Below, piece after piece: positions 49,001 to 57,742 of a DNA stretch of 64,000 bases. The stretch is from the NCBI GenBank assembly GCA_050916045.1, contig CP051526.1:2176001-2240000 (forward strand). The letters run 5' to 3'. A program made the translations under genes and the position numbers. A model generated the notes under the pieces. The model saw nothing but the letters and a program-made list of their open reading frames with translations. It searched no databases and was not told the DNA's origin. The number at the start of each line of letters is the position of its first letter. Position 1 is the stretch's first letter. The DNA is from Tepidisphaera sp. Lineage in GTDB: Bacteria > Planctomycetota > Phycisphaerae > Phycisphaerales > UBA1924.

Positions 49001-50034
49001 GCGGAGCGCTCGCCACGCGTACAGGCTTCGGCCGAGGCAACAGCGCCGACGACGGCCTCTGGAGACAATCGAGCGGACCGCTCACGATGCTCGCCGCCCG
49101 CCCGGCCCGTTCCCCCAACATGCCCGCGAATTCGAACATCGACGACGTCTTCAACTATCGCGAGCTCGCCGACGGTTCCGTGCTCTTCAGCGCATACGTC
49201 TGCAGCGCTACGTCCAGCAGCACGACCGGTGTCTTCCGGGTCCGCGATGGTGTGCTTTCCGACATCGCCCTCCCCGGCCAGTCGCTGCCGGACTTTGACG
49301 GCACCCCCGCCGGCGTCATCGCGAGCGTCGACTGGCTCAACACCAACGCCCGCGGCGACATCATCCTGCTCGCATCGCTCGTCGACGCGCCGGGCGGGAT
49401 GTGGGTCCTCGAAGCCAATCGCGTCCGCCGAATCTCAAAGAGCGGAGCGACCGCTCCCGCCTTTCTCCCCCCGTTCGCCACCCTCGGAGCCGTCACCAAC
49501 GCGGGCATCGACGAATCCGGCCGCGTCGTCTATCAGACGACCGGACGCTTCAAGATTCCTGATGTCCCTCCCGTCGAATTCACCGCCGTCATGGGCGCGG
49601 ACCCGCTCACGGGCCAGTTCCCGATCGTCCTGCCTTCCACCAAGGTCCAAATCGCCCCGAATGTCCAGCTCACGGCGACCGGCGCGGAGATCGCCCGCAC
49701 CGCGATCAATCCCGCCGGCCGCTTCGACACCGCAAGCCCCATCGCAGGCGACGGAACCGTCTCCCTGCTCGCGCGGTTCGGCGGCGACGCCGGCGCCGTC
49801 ATTCGGATCGATTTCGACGCCGTGCGCAACGCCACCGCGTGCCCCTTCGACGCCAACGCCGACGGTTTCCTCGACTACTTCGACTTCATCGCGTTCATCG
49901 ACTGCTTCGAGGGCACCGCGTGCTTGCCCGCGACCGACATTCGGCCGCCGCAGTCCGCCGATCTGAACCAGGATCAGTTCGTCGACTTCTTCGATCTCAT
50001 CGACTTCATCGACGGTTTCGAAAGCGGCTGCTGA
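46096..50034 (+). CDS. Large secreted Kelch/beta-propeller, Ig and repeat-domain protein with GC-type dockerin C-terminus
   Basis: Signal ending AAAQ. WDG..W repeats, Kelch blades (LFGG...NDTW.W), Ig (LQWFKDG...DYGAYTLRATN). Ends DLNQDQFVDFFDLIDFIDGFESGC. Confidence 0.85.
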   Translation: MRSIQRHRVPLGLFTTASFTIVSAFAGTAAAQCYDFAEGFDAAGLGTQGSIYCMLRVGAGEQERLIVGGSFTEIGGVAAQGVAVWDGVRWTALGTGVQATFALTMFDDGSGARLFAAGDFTTQTGGAGDRIAAWNGTNWEPLASGGLDGRVLALTTHDDGTGAKLYAAGAFLSANGLASPSLAAWDGDTWSSVGNNTPLGLQFHRAARDRFGDVLVFGGNNLFQGNLSNMTWTFDGTRWSRRFPAFSPSARAGHIAAYDPVRERAFVYGGVESDTTTYAWDGANWSALVTQGNPGALIASTAAFDPPSGKTILFGGRRTQNGSNPPTGQTWAFDGSAWTLLSASGPAARSGATMAFDPIRSHLVLFGGYSPSLGLFNDTWIWQGGQWTQAQGAGGPATGTNAAEMCFDPTLGRIVMFDNVSGGLGWTWSWNGASWDREGAARTPTTGGCIMYTSPATGSLYRHGGDGSETFEFVSGEWVFRSLAPRTITSIASYNSSLYVGGGFSTFTPGVNSCAARFGPDRVWRPLPVTFTSGGIVNRIIPLREKLAFLGNFHLSGSLQHFVVTDGATFESPTTIAPPDQGYQAAKFANFGFGDVLLVATQFGMRYWNGSAWISLDSTPGNSAITAIEPFGSGLAQRAFVGGSFSSVMGKPANGIVPFGDLCTAPIFTRHPDSTVAFLTQGCIIQASVIGTRPIALQWFKDGVPLSNVSGRISGVNDERLYLANFTEQDYGAYTLRATNVHGVTLSNPAYLTPWSFAGGVIDPYVISATGRRVNGQIRTPTRLSPPLVHPDASVIYHEVATGSSVYVREHEGVYTDIVAAGGPAPGMPSGSVLNLTSLARGDSLNSSLIATGSQGGTHIAGLYRLGPQRFDLIAKVGDALPGLSPTQILGSLDAAPLISPSGSLVFSGNFRERNSPTFLGRAVWRWSDSDGIQFVTAQGRIAPGTTNLPFTVLPDVPAIGPSGSAIVRGALATRTGFGRGNSADDGLWRQSSGPLTMLAARPARSPNMPANSNIDDVFNYRELADGSVLFSAYVCSATSSSTTGVFRVRDGVLSDIALPGQSLPDFDGTPAGVIASVDWLNTNARGDIILLASLVDAPGGMWVLEANRVRRISKSGATAPAFLPPFATLGAVTNAGIDESGRVVYQTTGRFKIPDVPPVEFTAVMGADPLTGQFPIVLPSTKVQIAPNVQLTATGAEIARTAINPAGRFDTASPIAGDGTVSLLARFGGDAGAVIRIDFDAVRNATACPFDANADGFLDYFDFIAFIDCFEGTACLPATDIRPPQSADLNQDQFVDFFDLIDFIDGFESGC

Positions 50035-50047
50035 GCCCGATCGTCAA

Positions 50048-50130
50048 TGCCGGAGGAGGGACTTGAACCCACACTCTCTTGCGAGAAGCGGATTTTGAAT
50101 CCGCTGCGTCTGCCATTTCGCCACTCCGGC
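50048..50130 (-). tRNA. tRNA-Leu(CAA)
   Basis: GCCGGAGTGGCGAAATGGCAGACGCAGCGGATTCAAAATCCGCTTCTCGCAAGAGAGTGTGGGTTCAAGTCCCTCCTCCGGCA, with a long variable arm. Confidence 0.97.
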
Positions 50131-50207
50131 TTCAAAAGTGGACGCGTGCCAAACCACGCGCCGGCAAGCATAGGTCGTTCCTTCCCGCTCCGGCTCGTTG
50201 GTGGCCA

Positions 50208-50470
50208 GGCTCTCCGAGCCGCGTCCATGCCTTCGGGTGGCCCGGCTCTCCGAGCCGGGTCGCCTCCTCCTTCTCCCCGTGCTTCACGGGGAGAAGTCCG
50301 GCCGCTTCGGCGGGGATGAGGGGTCTTCGATCGCCGCGGAACCTCGCTCCGCTCTCCCCAATCAACCCAGCCCGAAGGGCTGCTCGGGAGTAGCCGGGGG
50401 TCAAGCGAGTCCGCGAGCGCAACCCCCGGACCCATCCACCCCGCCCGCCCACGACCCCGAAGGGGTCGGA
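50208..50470. repeat. Cluster of REP-like palindromes
   Basis: GGCTCTCCGAGCC twice, 12-bp stem CTTCTCCCCGTG-ctt-CACGGGGAGAAG (50270-50296), and CCCGAAGGG hairpins twice. Confidence 0.55.
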
Positions 50471-50656
50471 CCAAGCCCCCGCCACGGCGTCCGCCTGTAG
50501 AGCGCACGCGCCACCAGCGACGCAGCGGCCAGACACGTCCAGCCGACGCCGAAGGTCGTGCCACCCCCGCTCACCGTTACACTGTCATTGATGCCGTCGA
50601 CCCCGTCCGTCCCATCTCGAGGACAGAGAGGAAGCCACGCCACCCGCCCGAGTTGG

Positions 50657-51376
50657 ATGTGGCGATTTCGGCGCTCAATGGTCAGTGGGTTTGGTCGATC
50701 CAACCTCATCTGCCACATCCTTTGTCTGACATTCGGAGTCGCAGTAACCACCATGAGCGTCTTCGCTCCTCGCGCACCAGCCATGTGCCCGTTGTCGAAG
50801 TACTCGACCGGATATGTTGACATGCAGCGCCAAGTCGGCTGGAGAGCTGCACACTCCCAATGGGCCGACTGGATCGCTATCGATCGCGTTGCAGGTTCGC
50901 CGGAGATGCACGATCGTACGTACATCATCTGGCAATCCGGGCCGATCGAGCCACAGAGATTCGCGCGGCTTGCCGGGGAAGTCGCGGAACAGGTCGATCC
51001 CAACTGGCACTCGGAGTTCCTCCTCAGAGAAGCGAGCGTCGAGTATGTGAACGCGGTCAGAAGCGGCTTCCCATTTCGATGCGCACTGGGATGGGTTGAG
51101 TATCGATCCCAACAGGGGCGACCTGTCCACTTGCTGGGCGACACGAGCACCTCTTGGTGGCGTTGCAAGCCTGTTGATGTCCTGCCCGTTCCGTTCGTGC
51201 TCAACGTGTCGATCTACGCAGGACTCGCGTATACGGCCTGGCTCGTCCTCGGTCTATTCACACGTGGCGTTCTGCGCCGAACAACCGGTCGCCAGTGTGG
51301 CCTTTGCGGTTATGACCTTTCCGGATCCATCGGACCGTGCTGCCCCGAGTGTGGCGGCTTGCAGGGTCAGAAATGA
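50657..51376 (+). CDS. Hypothetical membrane protein with C-terminal zinc ribbon
   Basis: Two hydrophobic segments and CGLCGYDLSGSIGPCCPECGG. Start uncertain. Confidence 0.7.
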   Translation: MWRFRRSMVSGFGRSNLICHILCLTFGVAVTTMSVFAPRAPAMCPLSKYSTGYVDMQRQVGWRAAHSQWADWIAIDRVAGSPEMHDRTYIIWQSGPIEPQRFARLAGEVAEQVDPNWHSEFLLREASVEYVNAVRSGFPFRCALGWVEYRSQQGRPVHLLGDTSTSWWRCKPVDVLPVPFVLNVSIYAGLAYTAWLVLGLFTRGVLRRTTGRQCGLCGYDLSGSIGPCCPECGGLQGQK

Positions 51377-51521
51377 CCCAACCCGCGCCGGGTCCACCGA
51401 TCCCGATCACAACGACAGCCTACGGACCCAGCGATCGGCGGTACGAGTCGCTTCCAGATCGATTCCACCCGCCCACAACTAGTCCCATGATGCGTCTCAC
51501 CGCCGAAACTTTGAACCGCAG

Positions 51522-52037
51522 TTAAGTCGAGGACGACGATGACTGCTTCTGCTGCTCTCTTTCCTTTGCCGCCTTGAAAGGGTTGTATGGAGGCAGCAAG
51601 AACTGGGGCATACCAGCTCGACTCAGCGAATCATGGACGAACTCTCGCCAGAACGGGTGGAGATTTAGCCTGGTATTCAGCTTTGCGAAGGCGTGAAGAT
51701 CCGCGGGCTGGAGATCCGCACCTTCCAGCAACACATAGATCACCAGATACTCTGCGGTTGCGGAGAAGAAAGGAACATGGGCGCGATCGCCTCCTTCGCC
51801 AACAACCTCTTTTTCACCTTGAAACTCGAAGACAGCACGAATACCGAGGGTTGTCTTGTCGAGGTGAACAACGTCGAATTTGGGCACCGAAGAAGACGCC
51901 CGATAGGGAGGCTCGTCCGGAGCAGCAATCACTGAATAAGTGCCTTTGGGCTGCGTGATAGACCTGATCGAGTCGATCCGCAGAACGACATTCGCCAGAT
52001 TGCCCACTTCAGATTTTTCAGAGTTTGTGTTCGGCAT
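51522..52037 (-). CDS. SecB-like chaperone
   Basis: FSATAEYLVIY, then AFAKLNTRLNLHPFWREFVHDSLSRAGMPQFLLPP, matching the SecB 'PY.RE...RAG.P...LPP' signature. Confidence 0.8.
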   Translation of the reverse strand: MPNTNSEKSEVGNLANVVLRIDSIRSITQPKGTYSVIAAPDEPPYRASSSVPKFDVVHLDKTTLGIRAVFEFQGEKEVVGEGGDRAHVPFFSATAEYLVIYVLLEGADLQPADLHAFAKLNTRLNLHPFWREFVHDSLSRAGMPQFLLPPYNPFKAAKEREQQKQSSSSST

Positions 52038-52043
52038 CGGGAC

Positions 52044-52610
52044 CTAGTGGAAACAGCGAGTGACGGAGCAGAAACGATCAAGCGATACCGACGGAGGCTC
52101 TGGTCCGTGCTCTCGCCAAGCGACGTACCCAGACTCCGAAGGCACAGCAAGTTCATCCGATCCCCAGACCACCTGAGCCGGAGAATTCGGAGCCGACAAA
52201 AGCCCAAGCAGGAACTCCCGCGCGGCTGGCACAGCAAAGCAGACGCGAAGAAACTTGTCTGTCGAGCGAGACAGAAGAGCCCCACTCTCCCATCGGGAGA
52301 TTGAAGTCGAAGCAAAGCCGCAGAGATCAGCCAAATACGCCTGGGTGCACCCAAGCGACTCACGGAGTCGACGCAGATCACTGCCACTCATCAGATGGAG
52401 TTTGGCTCGCAGTGCCTCATGGACCGCTTCGTCGGCTTCCTCCCCCATCGTGACGAAGCCGCAGGCTTCACACTTATTGCAGGGAAGCTTGGGCACGAAC
52501 ACATCGTGCAGGACGTTTTCGTGCTTGACCTGAGTGCGAAACTCGATCTCAGCGGGCTTGACCGAACGTTCCTTGCACTGCGAGCAGCGTCTTGGATATG
52601 GTCGATTCAT
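52044..52610 (-). CDS. MqsA-family antitoxin (Zn finger plus XRE HTH) with ~50-aa C-terminal extension
   Basis: CSQC...CEACG zinc finger. LRRLRESLGCTQAYLADLCGFASTSISRWESG. Extra tail after DKFLR. Confidence 0.87.
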   Translation of the reverse strand: MNRPYPRRCSQCKERSVKPAEIEFRTQVKHENVLHDVFVPKLPCNKCEACGFVTMGEEADEAVHEALRAKLHLMSGSDLRRLRESLGCTQAYLADLCGFASTSISRWESGALLSRSTDKFLRVCFAVPAAREFLLGLLSAPNSPAQVVWGSDELAVPSESGYVAWREHGPEPPSVSLDRFCSVTRCFH

Positions 52611-52936
52611 CGCGGTCTCTTGAAACTCGGGGGATGGACGCTCACGATCAGGATTACCGGTAATTCTGGATCCTCCTCGTTGAGCGTGAACTCAAAGTAG
52701 ATGTCGCCAAGTTCACCCGGATCGGGTACGACGAAGTCGTAGACAAACTCCTCCTCGAATCCTTCGTGGGAGTTTCGCTTTTTGATCGGCTTGTCGAGAT
52801 CCGTGACATAGCCGTCGAAGATCTGGTTGGCCTCAGCCATTCTGAGGCGAGTGCCGTAGTGACGGTTCAGCTTCTCAAGTGCAACCCGGGTCCACTCGCG
52901 CGCCCCAGAACTGGCATCGCGAATAGCGATGCACAT
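52607..52936 (-). CDS. Putative MqsR/RelE-fold toxin
   Basis: 109 aa with ATGA overlap into the antitoxin. C-terminal DIYFEF...ILIVSVH resembles MqsR-like toxins. Confidence 0.65.
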   Translation of the reverse strand: MCIAIRDASSGAREWTRVALEKLNRHYGTRLRMAEANQIFDGYVTDLDKPIKKRNSHEGFEEEFVYDFVVPDPGELGDIYFEFTLNEEDPELPVILIVSVHPPSFKRPR

Positions 52937-53218
52937 GGCCTGTCGCGATGACTTGGGACACTCGATACTTCACCGTCCAAGATCCCCGGTTGTGGCTGCG
53001 ATCGTCCGGACGCTGCCCCCGCGGAATTTCCATGTTGTCGGCCTCCAGGTCGTGCATGGTACCACATACTTGACATACGTCAAGTCTATCGGCTGAGTTC
53101 CCGCAGTTTCTTGATCGAGATTCCACCGTTTTAGGGTTATCGGCGGGCAAATCGGTCTCGCGGAATGCGCCCGCAGACCCTTCGGACGACTGAACGGGGT
53201 GATCGGTACCCTCCCCCC

Positions 53219-53884
53219 ATGTGCGGCCGCTTCACCTCCCTCTACAAATGGCGCGAGCTCGTCAAGCTCATGCGAGCGACCACGCTCCCGCTTGACCCGC
53301 TCGACGATCTCGCCGACCCCGTCCCCCGCTACAACATCGCGCCGACGCACCCCGCCGCGATCCTGACCCTCGCTCCCCGCCCCACTCCCGCCCGCTGGGG
53401 GTTCGAAGCCCACGGCAAAGCCATCATCAACGCCACCGCCGAAAACCTCGAAGACCGCCCCCTCTTCCGCGACCACCTCCGCTCCGGCCGCGCCGTCGTC
53501 CCCATGTCCGGCTTCTACGAATGGAAGGGCGACGCCCGAAGCCGCCAACCCCTCTATTTCACCCGCACCGACGATGAGATCATGCTCGTCGCCGGCCTCG
53601 TCCGCACCATCGCCGCCCCTCCCCGGCTTGAATTTGTCATCATCACCGCCGCCGCCAATCCCGACATGGACCCGGTCCACGACCGCATGCCCGTCATCCT
53701 CTCCCCGCAGAGCGCCGAAGCCTGGCTCCGCCTCGGCGACTCCCTCCCGCGCTCGCTTCTCCTCCCCTCCCCGCCCGGCACGCTCAAACACCGCCCCGTC
53801 TCCCCCCGCGTCAACAAGGTCGCCGCCGACGATCCCTCCCTCCTCGACCCCTACACAATCCCGCAAGCCGGCCTCTGGGGCTAG
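53219..53884 (+). CDS. SOS response-associated peptidase (SRAP/YedK family)
   Basis: MCGRF start, RYNIAPT, INATAE, GFYEW, VHDRMPVIL, VSPRVN. Confidence 0.92.
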   Translation: MCGRFTSLYKWRELVKLMRATTLPLDPLDDLADPVPRYNIAPTHPAAILTLAPRPTPARWGFEAHGKAIINATAENLEDRPLFRDHLRSGRAVVPMSGFYEWKGDARSRQPLYFTRTDDEIMLVAGLVRTIAAPPRLEFVIITAAANPDMDPVHDRMPVILSPQSAEAWLRLGDSLPRSLLLPSPPGTLKHRPVSPRVNKVAADDPSLLDPYTIPQAGLWG

Positions 53885-54026
53885 TTCCCATTCTCGGACG
53901 CCCCCCACCCCGCCCCCGCCTCCCCCACGCTCGCAACCCGACCAGACCCACCGCCCCCAAGCCGGCCCGCGTCCCCGCGCCCAAGCCACGCTCCCCGTCG
54001 GCCGATTCTTCCCGATCGGGAGCCCC

Positions 54027-54434
54027 ATGAGCCACACCATCCTCATCTGCGACGACGACGCGCACATCCGCTGCATCCTCGCCGCCAAACTCCGTGCCTC
54101 TGGCTATACCGTCCACGAAGCCCGCGACGGCGAGGAAGGCTTCACCGCCGCCGTCGCCCACAAGCCGCACCTCATCCTCACCGACTTCCAGATGCCCGGC
54201 ACCGACGGCCTCGCGATGTCCTTCAACCTTGCCGCCAACCCCGCCACCACCCACATCCCCATCATCATGCTCACCGCCCGCGGACACTCCATCGAGGACG
54301 AAACCCGCGGCAAAACCGGCATCCAGGTCCTCATCGACAAACCCTTCAGCGCCAAGCAGGTCCTTGAGCACGTCCAGCGCGTCCTCGCACAGTCCACCAC
54401 CTCCAAGGATCTTCCGCATGCCGACGCCGCATGA
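54027..54434 (+). CDS. Single-domain response regulator
   Basis: ILICDDD, LILTDFQMPGTDG, IIMLTARG, IDKPFS. Confidence 0.92.
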   Translation: MSHTILICDDDAHIRCILAAKLRASGYTVHEARDGEEGFTAAVAHKPHLILTDFQMPGTDGLAMSFNLAANPATTHIPIIMLTARGHSIEDETRGKTGIQVLIDKPFSAKQVLEHVQRVLAQSTTSKDLPHADAA

Positions 54435-55971
54435 AGCCATCGCGGTCTTCGCCGCTCGCGCAGCAAGCCTCGGCGCCCTCGCCTTCGACCCCGACGCCGA
54501 CCGCACCCTCGCGCCCGCCTCGCCGCTCCTCGAAGCCGCCGTCGCCGCCATCGCCTCAACGCCAAGCCCGCACCTCCGCTGCGTCGACTGCTCCATCGCC
54601 GGCATCCCCGTCCGCGTGCTCCTCCTCGAGCCCGACTGGCTCGACAGCCCCGCACTGCCCGAGGTCGCCCGCGCCACAAACCACAACCTCTGGGACCTCC
54701 GCGCCGCCCTCAAGCACCACGCCGCTTTCCCCGGCCCCGCCGCCCTCATCGCCACCCGCGCCCTCACCGACCTCGCGCAAGACCTCTCCGAACGCGTGAA
54801 CACCCACGCCGAGCACGAATCCACCATCGCTTCCTTCACCGACGAACTCACCAAGTCCTACGAAACCCTCAGCCTCCTCTACTCCATCGGAAGCGGCCTC
54901 ACCGACCTCTCCCACCCCGAGCGATTCCTCCAAGCCGCCGCCGACCGCCTCGAGACCGGCTCAGACTTCAGCCACATCGCGATCCGCTTTGTGCCCCCAC
55001 ACCAGTCACCGGCCAACGACGCCCGTCCCGCCGACCCCATCATCCACTCCTCGCGCGATGCGTCCCGGCTCCCCAAGGCACTCGCCCTCACCGCACGCCT
55101 CCCGGGCGATTTCACCCGGTTCCTCGATGGCAAACGCGTCGTGCCCCCGCACAGCCCCATCACGCACCACGACCGACAGGTCCTCGTCCAGCCCATCGTC
55201 CTCGACGGTGCCTTCCAGGGCTATCTCGTCGGCACCGACAAGGTCGGCACCGACCCGCTTCTCTCAAGCTACGACCTCCAGCTCTTCCAATCGACCGCTT
55301 CCTTCCTCGCCGCCTTCCTCCAGACCTGCCGCCTCTTCGAGCAGCAGCGCCAGATGTTCCTGGGCACCATCAAAGCCCTCACCGCCTCGATCGACGCCAA
55401 GGACCGCTACACCCGCGGTCACTCCGAACGCGTCGCCTGGCTCTCCGCATCCCTCGCCCGCGCCCTCGGACACTCCGAGCAGTCCATCCGCCGCATCCAC
55501 ATCGCCGGCCTCGTCCACGACGTCGGCAAGATCGGCGTCCCCGAAGCCGTGCTCTGCAAGCCCGGCCGCTTGACCGACGAGGAATTCGGCTGGATCAAGA
55601 AACACCCCGAGATCGGCCACCGCATCCTCGCCGACATCCCGCAACTCGCCGACATCCTCCCCGGCGTCCTCCACCACCACGAACGCATCGACGGCAAGGG
55701 CTACCCGCACGGCCTCGCCGGCGATTCCATCCCCGAAATGGCCCGCATCATCGCCGTCGCCGACACCTTCGACGCCCTCAGCTCCACACGCTCGTACCGC
55801 GCCGCCCGCACGCGCGATGTCGTCCTCGCCGAGATCGCCCGCTCCTCCGGCACTCAGCTCGACCCGCGTGTCACGGCCGCACTCGCAAGCGTCGACCTCA
55901 CCGAGTTCGACCGCCTCATCGCCGAGCACGCGTCGACCGCTCCCGCCGTCGCCATCACCAGCGCCGCCTGA
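54418..55971 (+). CDS. GAF plus HD-GYP cyclic dinucleotide phosphodiesterase
   Basis: DAKDRYTRGHSERVA, LVHDVGKIG, HHHERIDGKGYP, AVADTFDAL. Confidence 0.92.
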   Translation: MPTPHEAIAVFAARAASLGALAFDPDADRTLAPASPLLEAAVAAIASTPSPHLRCVDCSIAGIPVRVLLLEPDWLDSPALPEVARATNHNLWDLRAALKHHAAFPGPAALIATRALTDLAQDLSERVNTHAEHESTIASFTDELTKSYETLSLLYSIGSGLTDLSHPERFLQAAADRLETGSDFSHIAIRFVPPHQSPANDARPADPIIHSSRDASRLPKALALTARLPGDFTRFLDGKRVVPPHSPITHHDRQVLVQPIVLDGAFQGYLVGTDKVGTDPLLSSYDLQLFQSTASFLAAFLQTCRLFEQQRQMFLGTIKALTASIDAKDRYTRGHSERVAWLSASLARALGHSEQSIRRIHIAGLVHDVGKIGVPEAVLCKPGRLTDEEFGWIKKHPEIGHRILADIPQLADILPGVLHHHERIDGKGYPHGLAGDSIPEMARIIAVADTFDALSSTRSYRAARTRDVVLAEIARSSGTQLDPRVTAALASVDLTEFDRLIAEHASTAPAVAITSAA

Positions 55972-55994
55972 TCCCCCGCTCCGCGATTGGTCGC

Positions 55995-57230
55995 TCAGTC
56001 CACCGTCCGCGCGAGCGACTCACGATCGACAAAGAACCGCGGCAGCCCGCGGAACCCCGGCGGCCCGCTCACGGGCTTGACCGCTCGCGACACCGCCGTC
56101 AGCGACGATGTCGTGATCGCCCCGTTGGTGAAGATCGGCGCCGTCGTCGCCAGCGAACCGCTGATGGTCATGTTCCCCGATGAGAAGATCAGCCCGCGGA
56201 ACTCCGACGGGTAACGATCCGTGGTGTCCGAGTCCGCCGAACCTTCAAAGGGCATCGTCGACGGGTTCAGGCTCTTGGATACGGTCGCTTCCGAGAGATC
56301 CGCTCCATCCATCGTGATCGAGAGAGTCCCCTCGACAATCAGAGCCGGATACCCAGGCGTCACCGGGTCCCAGATCACCGAGCCCGTCACGCGCACGCCC
56401 GCGGTCGCGTTCTTCAGGATGAACGTGCCGTTGATCCGGCAGTCTGAGATCGTGAGCCGCCGCCCCTGCAGGTCCACCACATACACCCCCGCCGAGTTGC
56501 TCGAAAGCAGCCACGGCGGGTTCAGCGGCCCGACGAAAGCACCCGAAAGCGTCGTCCTCCCGGACCCCGACATCGTTCCCGTCGAGCCGATGGCTTCGTA
56601 CGCCGCGATCACGTCCGCGATCACCGGAAGCGTCACCGCCGCCCGATAGTTCGCCGCGCCCTGCGCCACCCCCGACGAGGTGAACGTCCCCTCCACCGTG
56701 CTTGAGGTCAGCGTGATCGTCCCGTTCGTGTGCGCCGGCTGCTTGATCCACGCCGTCGACGAGCTCAGCGTGATCGCACCGTTCGCCACGATCGAGAATC
56801 CGAGCAGATCCGACGAGATCAGATTCGGCGTCGCAAGCACCGACATGATCCGCCTCGCCCCGCCGTGCTGCGCCGTCGCCGTCACGCGGAACGGATCCGA
56901 CTCGCTCCCCTGCACCACGCCGTCCAACGAGTCCACCGCCGTGACCGTCGTCTTCCCCAAACTCCCCTCGATCTGCACCAGCGTTCCCGCGAACGTCCGA
57001 CGCCACGACGTGTCGTAGCGAAGCAGCGAAAGCCCCGCTTCAAGCCCGCCCGTCGCCTGCTGCCGCGCCGTCCGCGCCTCCGCAAGCGTCTCCGCCCGCG
57101 ACCCGTGAACCTGCGTCGCCAGTATCCCGGCCGTCACCGCCAGAAATCCGATCGACATCACGCTCAGCACGATCAGGTACACCGACCCGCGCCTTGCCCC
57201 ACGCACGTTCCGCCACCCGCGACCTCTCAT
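55995..57230 (-). CDS. PilX/GspK-like minor (pseudo)pilin with beta-rich C-domain
   Basis: RRGSVYLIVLSVM prepilin-like leader lacking Glu5. ARQQATGGLEAG. Confidence 0.7.
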   Translation of the reverse strand: MRGRGWRNVRGARRGSVYLIVLSVMSIGFLAVTAGILATQVHGSRAETLAEARTARQQATGGLEAGLSLLRYDTSWRRTFAGTLVQIEGSLGKTTVTAVDSLDGVVQGSESDPFRVTATAQHGGARRIMSVLATPNLISSDLLGFSIVANGAITLSSSTAWIKQPAHTNGTITLTSSTVEGTFTSSGVAQGAANYRAAVTLPVIADVIAAYEAIGSTGTMSGSGRTTLSGAFVGPLNPPWLLSSNSAGVYVVDLQGRRLTISDCRINGTFILKNATAGVRVTGSVIWDPVTPGYPALIVEGTLSITMDGADLSEATVSKSLNPSTMPFEGSADSDTTDRYPSEFRGLIFSSGNMTISGSLATTAPIFTNGAITTSSLTAVSRAVKPVSGPPGFRGLPRFFVDRESLARTVD

Positions 57231-57742
57231 GGCGTCACCGCCTCCCAGGCTTTCACGCGAAGGATGCTCCCGCTCGCGAGCGTCTTCCCCCCGCGTTCCA
57301 CCGTGACCGTCACCCGCTTCACGCCCGACTCCGCGACCTGTACCGTCACAAAGTCCGTCGCCGAGACCCACTGCACCGTCACCCGCCTCACCCACGTCGC
57401 AAAACGCGAGACCTCCACGCCCGTTCGCGTCCGAAGCCCCGTCTCAACCCATCCCGCCAGATCATCCACATCGTCCGCACTCGACCGTGACGTAATCGTC
57501 TCCCCCGACTCCGCCCCCAGCACCGTCGTCGCCACCGTCGGATCCTCGTACGCAAGCCCCCCGGCTTCGCCCAGCACCTCATCGACCAGCAGCGAAGCCG
57601 CCGAGTACGCCTGCACCTGCTCCCGCCGCGCGATCGCCCCCGACGCCGTCGTCATCACCACAAGCACGGACGCACCCACCAATCCCACGGCCGCCACCGC
57701 TTCAACCATGCTGAACCCGCGATGGAAAGCCCGTGATCTCAT
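57227..57742 (-). CDS. Prepilin-type minor pilin (PilV/GspI-like)
   Basis: HRGFSMVEAV, C-terminal GVKRVTVTV. Confidence 0.8.
   Translation of the reverse strand: MRSRAFHRGFSMVEAVAAVGLVGASVLVVMTTASGAIARREQVQAYSAASLLVDEVLGEAGGLAYEDPTVATTVLGAESGETITSRSSADDVDDLAGWVETGLRTRTGVEVSRFATWVRRVTVQWVSATDFVTVQVAESGVKRVTVTVERGGKTLASGSILRVKAWEAVTP

Noticed and set aside
50048..53150. Second island integrated at tRNA-Leu
   Set aside because: The accessory patch lies on the 5' side of the tRNA, and I saw no duplicated tRNA-Leu 3' end or integrase.
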